IMG/VR virus record: IMGVR_UViG_2695420714_000010
Origin: a virus
Lineage: Duplodnaviria > Heunggongvirae > Uroviricota > Caudoviricetes
Length of the DNA: 9,444 nucleotides
Direction: 5' to 3' (one strand)
Shown: positions 1 to 4,475 of the stretch, one piece after another
Position numbering within the stretch: the stretch's first letter is position 1
How the letters are laid out: every line of letters starts with the position of its first letter
Made by a program: the position numbers and the translations under genes
Notes under the pieces: model-generated
Database searches by the model: none
Seen by the model: only the letters and a program-made list of their open reading frames with translations
What the model was told of the DNA's origin: nothing

Positions 1-65
1 CTGATAGTGACACCAATTTCAAAACAACCTTCAGACGTATTAACGTTTGGTAATAACGTTTCCAT
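1..65 (-). CDS. 5' end of a leftward gene running off the left edge of the window (N-terminus METLLPNVNTSEGCFEIGVTI...); product unknown
   Basis: ATG on the minus strand at 65-63, preceded by GAGGA about 8 nt upstream; frame stays open to position 1. Found by manual reverse-complement translation; it is not in the ORF track because the gene is cut by the window edge. Confidence 0.25.
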   Translation of the reverse strand, partial: METLLPNVNTSEGCFEIGVTI

Positions 66-633
66 TATCGCGTCCTCAACAATGAATTTTGTGATGCGAT
101 GCCTGGTGCCTCCAGGTGACGTTAACCAGTTAACAATTAACGCCGGATACAGAGAATCCACCCATAACACTGTTTTTGGTTTTAACTGTTCCGCGTGCGC
201 TCAGCCGCATTCACCACATCACAAAATTCACTTTAAAAAGGGCGGCAGAGCAGTCACGGAGTAAAACTGATACCGCCAAACGTCACCAGAAAATTGATAA
301 CAGAGGGCGTTGCAGCGGGGTTGTCACTTAAGCGTATGGTCAACCTGACAACCCGGTGTCCTCAACGGGGGAAGGAATAACCCCGCCATACTTACCGCCG
401 CGCCATTTCGCGGATTGCCACAACCGGAAGCGCACGGTCGACGAAAATTTAACGACAGGCTATCTATGAACCAGCTACCTCGCCGTGCGCTTTCGCGTTA
501 TGGTCTGACTTTTCAGGGAAATATCCTTTCAGTAAACTGTCAATGCCGGATGCTCACCCGTGTCCGGCGCACGCACTCCACCTCACCCGTGGAGAACTCC
601 TTAATTACTAACCTTAGCTTTGTTGATTAGCTA

Positions 634-852
634 CTAACGCGGGTATGTAATCATTCTGGCAATGCTTAATGCCGCTGCTTTTTCCAGATTGGTGATATCC
701 TGCTCCAGAGCGGACAGATTTTCAGCCTGCTTAGCTCTGGCTTCATTGGCCCATTTCAGATCCTGCGCTGCATTAATTTTCTGGTGCATCCACTCATAAA
801 GTTCATCATCGGTATAGTCTGGCGCGATGATGACGGGTTCTCGTTTCTGCAT
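634..852 (-). CDS. hypothetical small protein (72 aa, charged/helical), distal gene of the leftward early operon
   Basis: ORF-track ORF with ATG at 852 and an AGGAA Shine-Dalgarno about 7 nt upstream. Same strand as, and tightly packed behind, the two small genes at 882-1248. Sequence is protein-like (KINAAQDLKWANEARAKQAENLSALEQDITNLEKAAAL). Function not recognised. Confidence 0.5.
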   Translation of the reverse strand: MQKREPVIIAPDYTDDELYEWMHQKINAAQDLKWANEARAKQAENLSALEQDITNLEKAAALSIARMITYPR

Positions 853-881
853 ACTGATTCCTCGCGGTGCTGTTTCGCTTA

Positions 882-1010
882 TCAGCCGTTAGATTTTGCC
901 GAACTGGAAAGCGCCTGTTTAAATTCGTTGAAGCTGAGAGCTTCTTCGCCTTCGGCAAGACCTTCGAAGTATTCTTCGTAAGCCTTTTCCATGATTGTGT
1001 CGAAATCCAT
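882..1010 (-). CDS. small acidic protein (42 aa, MDFDTIMEKAYEEYFEGLAEGEEALSFNEFKQALSSSAKSNG)
   Basis: Below the ORF-track size cutoff; found by manual translation of the minus strand. ATG at 1010-1008 lies 1 nt after the stop of the upstream gene (1012-1014), stop TGA at 884-882. Clean helical, acidic composition. Size and position resemble the tiny genes next to racR in Rac-type prophages (ydaG/ydaF-like), assigned by position only. Confidence 0.4.
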   Translation of the reverse strand: MDFDTIMEKAYEEYFEGLAEGEEALSFNEFKQALSSSAKSNG

Positions 1011-1011
1011 A

Positions 1012-1248
1012 TCACTCACCTGAGTTTCTTTCCAGCCAGCGACGGGCACCATTTTCGGTTTTAAACGTTTTGCTTTTGGTATACGTCATCGCGGTGAACG
1101 TACCGTCCTGGTTGGGAAACACGCCGTACACCAGAGATTCGTTGTTGCCAAGATCGATAGTATCCATGTTGACCTCATTTCCCCTTAACGCCGGGGTAGC
1201 GGAACAAAAACCTGCTGCATAGTTATTAAAGTTGAACCCTGCCGTCAT
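1012..1248 (-). CDS. small early-left-operon protein; 78 aa from ATG 1248, or 51 aa if it starts at the internal ATG 1167 (MDTIDLGNNESLVYGVFPNQDGTFTAMTYTKSKTFKTENGARRWLERNSGE)
   Basis: ORF-track ORF. Both candidate starts have a GAGG-type Shine-Dalgarno (GAGG 8 nt upstream of 1248; GAGG 7 nt upstream of 1167). It is the first gene downstream of the leftward operator/promoter region. Possibly YdaF-like (DUF1391) from memory; not verified. Confidence 0.45.
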   Translation of the reverse strand: MTAGFNFNNYAAGFCSATPALRGNEVNMDTIDLGNNESLVYGVFPNQDGTFTAMTYTKSKTFKTENGARRWLERNSGE

Positions 1249-1349
1249 GTTCTTACGCCTCGGGCTGGCTACTTAACCCCTGACCACTGCCTGGTAACTC
1301 GAAGTATTGCCCTGCATTCTGTGGGGTGGGGTGGGTTGGTATGAAAGGA

Positions 1350-1392
1350 AGGATACCCATGGGTATCCAAAAAGTAAATACCCATGGGTAAT
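1350..1392. promoter_or_regulatory. OL-like operator pair overlapping a candidate leftward promoter
   Basis: Perfect 18-bp palindrome GGATACCCATGGGTATCC at 1351-1368 and a second site ATACCCATGGGTAAT at 1378-1392. On the minus strand: candidate -35 TTTACT (plus 1378-1373), 17-bp spacer, -10 TATCCT (plus 1355-1350). The palindrome sits across the spacer and -10, which is classic repression geometry. Confidence 0.5.
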
Positions 1393-1432
1393 TTTTTGAT
1401 GTGTCTTAACTGGTGACTGGTTGTTTGGTGAG

Positions 1433-1852
1433 TTATGATGCGTTTTGTGCTTTCTTTTTACGGATTTCTTCGTAGATCATATTGTAATACTGTTTTTTCT
1501 CTTCAAGAGTTTTTAATAAGTTATCCGCTTCACTTTCTGGCAGTTCGTCTAAGAGATCTAAAAAAATACGTTGTCGTGGCGTTAGAACCCTTGTTTCATA
1601 ATTGGAGGCTGTGTTCGTTGATGATGAAACGATACCATCCATCCATCCCCGGGGTAACCCAAAGGACTCTTCTATAATCTCCACCATATCATCAGCGATC
1701 CGTTTTTTTCCTTTTTTCCCCTCTGGGTACAACATTCTTGATACATAAGAAGGCTCGCGACCGATCTTTCTGGCCACGTTAACCGCTTTACCATCGCATT
1801 TCTCATCACGAATTTTGATGAGTTGTTGTCGTCTAAATTCATATTTGTCCAT
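1433..1852 (-). CDS. phage repressor, HTH (Xre/CI-like) DNA-binding protein without a peptidase domain (RacR-like architecture), 139 aa from ATG 1852
   Basis: ORF-track ORF 1433-1894, but the start at 1894 is TTG; the first ATG at 1852 gives MDKYEF.... HTH-like segment KAVNVARKIGREPSYVSRMLYP. Sits between two operator clusters and is divergent from a cro-like gene. No Ser/Lys S24 peptidase domain (too short). Confidence 0.7.
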   Translation of the reverse strand: MDKYEFRRQQLIKIRDEKCDGKAVNVARKIGREPSYVSRMLYPEGKKGKKRIADDMVEIIEESFGLPRGWMDGIVSSSTNTASNYETRVLTPRQRIFLDLLDELPESEADNLLKTLEEKKQYYNMIYEEIRKKKAQNAS

Positions 1853-1952
1853 AGGTAAATAATAGATGCGATTACCGCAAGGTAAACAACCCAAGGGTAT
1901 TGACTTTTGTTTACCTGTGGGTATTCTTTGCTGTGTTTACTAAGGAGTAGCT
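1853..1952. promoter_or_regulatory. OR-like divergent promoter/operator region between the repressor and the cro-like gene
   Basis: Operator-like sites ACCCAAGGGTAT (1889-1900) and ACCTGTGGGTAT (1913-1924) match the OL palindrome half-sites. Additional inverted repeats TTACC-GCAA-GGTAA (1872-1885) and GGTAAACAA / TTGTTTACC (1881-1889 / 1908-1916). Rightward promoter: -35 TTGACT (1900-1905), 16-bp spacer, -10 TATTCT (1922-1927). Leftward -10 TATTAT (plus 1864-1859) ends 6 nt before the repressor ATG. Confidence 0.5.
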
Positions 1953-2234
1953 ATGGAAGAATTAAGAATATTTCTCAATTCTCTTTCGTCAGATGAACAG
2001 CGTATGTTTGCATGTGAGTGTGGTACTAGCATCGGTTATCTAAGAAAGGCATTGAGTAAAGGTCAAATGTTAGGGGCATCGTTATGTGTCCTTATTGAGC
2101 GAGCCAGTAATGGTGAAGTTACACGTCAGCAACTAAGGCCTTTTGATTGGATGAATATTTGGCCCGAGCTGGAAGATACCAAAACGTTAACACAACCACT
2201 TACTAGGAGCTTGATTCATGAAAATCAAGCATGA
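1953..2234 (+). CDS. Cro/YdaS-like small HTH regulator (93 aa)
   Basis: ORF-track ORF with a strong Shine-Dalgarno AAGGAG 5 nt upstream of ATG 1953. Divergent from the repressor. Carries an HTH-like segment (GTSIGYLRKALSKGQ) and the NIWPEL-type C-terminal motif I associate with the YdaS/Cro family. Stop overlaps the start of the next gene. Confidence 0.65.
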   Translation: MEELRIFLNSLSSDEQRMFACECGTSIGYLRKALSKGQMLGASLCVLIERASNGEVTRQQLRPFDWMNIWPELEDTKTLTQPLTRSLIHENQA

Positions 2235-2643
2235 ACACATCCGCATGGCGATGAATGCCTGGGCGCGTCCTGATGGCGAAAAAGTTCCAGCAGCTGGAAT
2301 AACCCAGGCTTATTTTGAGTTGGGTATGACGTTTCCTGAACTGTATGACGACAGCCATCCGGAAGCCCTGGCTCGCAATACCCAGAAAATTTTCCGCTGG
2401 GTAGAGAAAGACACCCCTGATGCAGTTGAAAAAATTCAGGCGTTGTTACCAGCGATCGAAAAGGCAATGCCACCTTTGCTGGTGGCCAGAATGCGCAGCC
2501 ACAGTTCAGCTTATTTTCGGGAGTTGGTGGAGACGCGGGAGCGACTGGTGAGAGACGCTGATGATTTTGTCGCAGTGGCAATCGCCGGTTTCAATCAGAT
2601 GAACCGTGGTGGCCCGGCAGGAAATGCTGTGGCAGTACATTGA
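2218..2643 (+). CDS. YdaT-like / CII-like regulatory protein (141 aa)
   Basis: ORF-track ORF, AGGAG 9 nt upstream of ATG 2218, overlapping the cro-like stop by 17 nt (operon coupling). Its position immediately after cro and before the replication gene matches lambda cII and Rac ydaT. Family assignment rests on synteny and memory, not on a search. Confidence 0.5.
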   Translation: MKIKHEHIRMAMNAWARPDGEKVPAAGITQAYFELGMTFPELYDDSHPEALARNTQKIFRWVEKDTPDAVEKIQALLPAIEKAMPPLLVARMRSHSSAYFRELVETRERLVRDADDFVAVAIAGFNQMNRGGPAGNAVAVH

Positions 2644-2714
2644 CTGACAATAGCCATATCGAATCGCTTCCGGCAATTCGTGAGTAAAAAGATTCGGTAT
2701 CAGAAGAGGTGAGT

Positions 2715-2873
2715 ATGGCTAACGCCTGGCTCAGATTATGGCATGACATGCCAAATGACCCTAAGTGGCGAACAATTGCCAGGGTGTCAGGGCAGCCAAT
2801 TGCAACAGTGATGGCAGTGTATATCCACGCTCCTGGTGAGCGCGTCACGAAATGTCACGCGAGGTCACATTGA
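2715..2873 (+). CDS. N-terminal segment of a phage replication initiator (MANAWLRLWHDMPNDPKWRTIARVSGQPIATVMAVYIHA...), terminated prematurely inside an iteron block
   Basis: ATG 2715 with GAGGTGAG Shine-Dalgarno. The 52-codon frame ends at TGA 2871-2873 after reading through iteron sequence (RVTKCHARSH). The N-terminus has the A-W-x-R-L pattern typical of phage replisome-organiser N-domains (recognised from memory). The downstream ORF continues in the +1 frame. Confidence 0.45.
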   Translation: MANAWLRLWHDMPNDPKWRTIARVSGQPIATVMAVYIHAPGERVTKCHARSH

Positions 2874-3786
2874 TGTCACGACAGAAGATTTGGCAAGTGC
2901 GCTCGACGTGACAGAAGAGGTAATTGATTCAATTTTGCAGACGATGCAGGGGCGGGTACTTGATGGTGATTTAATCACTGGATGGGAAAAACGCCAGGTG
3001 CTTAAAGAGGACAACGGCAATATTTCGCAAACCGCAAAATCTCCGGCAGAGCGCAAGAGGGCGCAGCGTGAGAGGGAAAGAAAGCGGGAACAAAATGGCG
3101 ATTGTCACGGCGCGTCACGAAATGTCACGCACATGTCACGACGAGTCACGACAGATAAAGATACAGATAGAGATACAGATAAAGAAGATCAAAACACTAT
3201 GGTCCATGGCGTAAAAAACGCCACGAACCATGTAGGGGATGTTCAGACCGTCACTCCTGGCCAGCCCGCAGGCACGACACCGGAAGCCGATTCAGCGTAT
3301 GCGCTGAAAGCCGATTCGGGCGCTGTGCAGCAGGCGATGACCGCTGGGCCGGAGCAATCACACCAACTGCAGCAGCCTGAAGCCGATTCCGCCATTCAGC
3401 GGGAAGCCGATCGGGTAGTCCCGGAAAACACCGGGCAGCCTGTGGGACGAGTGGATTATCCGGATGTGTTCGAACAGGTCTGGCGGGAATACCCGTTACG
3501 AGCCGGGGCAAACCCGAAGAAATCCGCTTTCAGTGCCTGGAAGGCCAGATTACGCGAGGGGGTGCCACCAGAGGCCATGCTGGATGGTGTAAGGCGTTAC
3601 ACAAGATACCTGGCTGCTACCGGGAAAACGGGAACGGAATTTGTTCAGCGAGCGACGACGTTTTTTGGACCGGACCGGAATTTTGAAAACCCCTGGTTGC
3701 TCCCGGTAAGCGGCACGAACAACCAGCGTTGTGTTAATCATATTTCTGAACCGGACACCGAAATTCCGCCGGGATTCAGAGGGTAA
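2836..3786 (+). CDS. replication initiator (O-like / YdaU-like), main ORF in the +1 frame relative to 2715; contains the origin iterons
   Basis: ORF-track ORF (GTG 2836; frame open upstream back to 2812). Domain-end motif ...DGDLITGWEKRQ, followed by iteron-encoded and acidic/basic linker sequence (DKDTDRDTDKED), then a C-terminal domain (YPDVFEQVWREYPLRAGANPKKSAFSAWKARL...). Iterons inside the gene mirror the lambda O/ori arrangement. Confidence 0.6.
   Translation: MSASRNVTRGHIDVTTEDLASALDVTEEVIDSILQTMQGRVLDGDLITGWEKRQVLKEDNGNISQTAKSPAERKRAQRERERKREQNGDCHGASRNVTHMSRRVTTDKDTDRDTDKEDQNTMVHGVKNATNHVGDVQTVTPGQPAGTTPEADSAYALKADSGAVQQAMTAGPEQSHQLQQPEADSAIQREADRVVPENTGQPVGRVDYPDVFEQVWREYPLRAGANPKKSAFSAWKARLREGVPPEAMLDGVRRYTRYLAATGKTGTEFVQRATTFFGPDRNFENPWLLPVSGTNNQRCVNHISEPDTEIPPGFRG
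2844..2880. repeat. iteron block A: four GTCAC(G/A) repeats at 10-11 bp spacing; contains an exact 21-bp copy of part of block B
   Basis: GTCACG at 2844, 2854 and 2875, GTCACA at 2864. GCGCGTCACGAAATGTCACGC (2840-2860) is identical to 3100-3120. Coincides with the frame break in the initiator gene. Confidence 0.55.
3104..3186. repeat. candidate replication origin: five GTCACG iterons (3104-3150) followed by three tandem 12-bp repeats ACAGATA(A/G)AGA(T/A) (3151-3186)
   Basis: GTCACG at 3104, 3114, 3124, 3135 and 3145 (one helical turn apart), followed by an A-rich tandem repeat. Lies in the inter-domain linker of the initiator gene, as in lambda ori. Confidence 0.6.
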
Positions 3787-3823
3787 CAGATTTCAGGTCA
3801 TGGGGTAATTTTCAGGAGGGCTT

Positions 3824-4099
3824 GTGGCAAAAGTTTTTACTCCCGAACTGCGGGAAGAAGTGAAGGCGCGCATTGTGGAACTGGTACGCAGAGATGGGCG
3901 AAAAACGCGTAAACAACTGGAAAATGAAACCGGGGCGACGAGACACCTGATAGAAGTTCTGGTGAAAGAGCTGGTAGTTAGTGGCGCAGTATATGGTTCA
4001 GGACATGGAATATTTCCTTCGGAGCAGGCTCGTAAGGACTGGGGAAAAGCCCGCAAAAAAAATGTCGAGAGCGGCAGTGAAAAAGAAGAGCGACCCTGA
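3824..4099 (+). CDS. small DNA-binding protein with a predicted winged-helix/HTH and a lysine/glutamate-rich tail (91 aa); possible regulator
   Basis: ORF-track ORF. GTG start at 3824 with a strong AGGAGG Shine-Dalgarno 4-5 nt upstream. HTH-like segment TRKQLENETGATRHLIEVLVKEL. Confidence 0.5.
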   Translation: MAKVFTPELREEVKARIVELVRRDGRKTRKQLENETGATRHLIEVLVKELVVSGAVYGSGHGIFPSEQARKDWGKARKKNVESGSEKEERP

Positions 4100-4232
4100 C
4101 CTGATTTATTCATTGCTAGATGGCGAAATACGCCGTTACAACAGACGACAGAATATAATTTGTCGCGAGTGTCGTCAGAGCGAAGTTATGCAGCGCATAC
4201 TGGAATTTTATCAGGGAAATGTTCGGTATTAA
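4059..4232 (+). CDS. small hypothetical protein (about 57 aa, MSRAAVKKKSDPDLIYSLLDGEIRRYNRRQNIICRECRQSEVMQRILEFYQGNVRY)
   Basis: Part of ORF-track ORF 3981-4232. The N-terminal part of that ORF overlaps the 3824-4099 gene out of frame, so ATG 4059 is preferred. No convincing Shine-Dalgarno. Could instead be the frameshifted continuation of the upstream gene. Confidence 0.25.
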   Translation, partial: KMSRAAVKKKSDPDLIYSLLDGEIRRYNRRQNIICRECRQSEVMQRILEFYQGNVRY

Positions 4233-4376
4233 TTGAAGTGACGAAATTAAAGAGCATTAGTTCAGATATTAATTGACACTTCGATGGCACAGGCCCAGAC
4301 CTAGTCTGGTTGTCAGCTTTGAGCTAGGTGAACGTTGGTATCGTTAGTTTGTATTAATCAACGGAGAATAGGCCAA

Positions 4377-4407
4377 ATGACTTTTCTTTGCCTCTTTTAA
4401 TTATAAT
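4377..4407 (+). promoter_or_regulatory. candidate sigma70 promoter for the 932-aa gene
   Basis: Perfect -10 TATAAT at 4402-4407 in an AT-rich intergenic region, with a weak -35 (ATGACT at 4377-4382, long spacer). Lies about 70 bp upstream of ATG 4476. Confidence 0.3.
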
Positions 4408-4475
4408 TCAAGTTCAATTGATTACATTGAAGTACTAATGTGAGTCCGTCAAACAAATAGCTCAAGGAATAGGTC

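Noticed and set aside
7-630. Plus-strand ORFs 7-264 and 415-630
   Set aside because: Junk-like composition (Arg/His/Cys-rich), no Shine-Dalgarno, and opposite in orientation to the surrounding leftward operon. The region is treated as non-coding or as the 5' end of a minus-strand gene.
806-1064. ORFs 806-1015 (minus), 784-981 (plus), 867-1064 (plus) and 995-1222 (plus)
   Set aside because: They overlap the better-supported small minus-strand genes (634-852, 882-1010, 1012-1248) and have Arg/Lys-rich, non-protein-like translations.
1853-1894. TTG start at 1894 for the repressor ORF
   Set aside because: It is a rare start codon, and the extra 14 codons would lie across the operator inverted repeats. 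ATG 1852 is preferred.
3981-4058. ATG 3981 as the start of the small ORF ending at 4232
   Set aside because: The first 26 codons overlap the 3' end of the better-supported 3824-4099 gene in another frame, so ATG 4059 was used. The alternative is not excluded.
2225-4113. Minus-strand ORFs antisense to the ydaT-like, initiator and HTH genes (2225-2581, 2591-2848, 2865-3056, 3251-3511, 3550-3741, 3793-4113)
   Set aside because: Antisense to genes with clear starts and family-like sequence; proline/serine/arginine-rich translations typical of GC-rich antisense frames.
4283-4288. TTGACA hexamer as the -35 of a promoter
   Set aside because: There is no acceptable -10 at 16-18 bp spacing downstream. 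The TATAAT at 4402-4407 is a better promoter candidate.
4295-4309. Inverted repeat CCAGAC-CTA-GTCTGG as a terminator after the small ORFs
   Set aside because: The loop is only 3 nt and there is no U-tract, so it is not a convincing intrinsic terminator. It could be a protein-binding site but there is no support for that.
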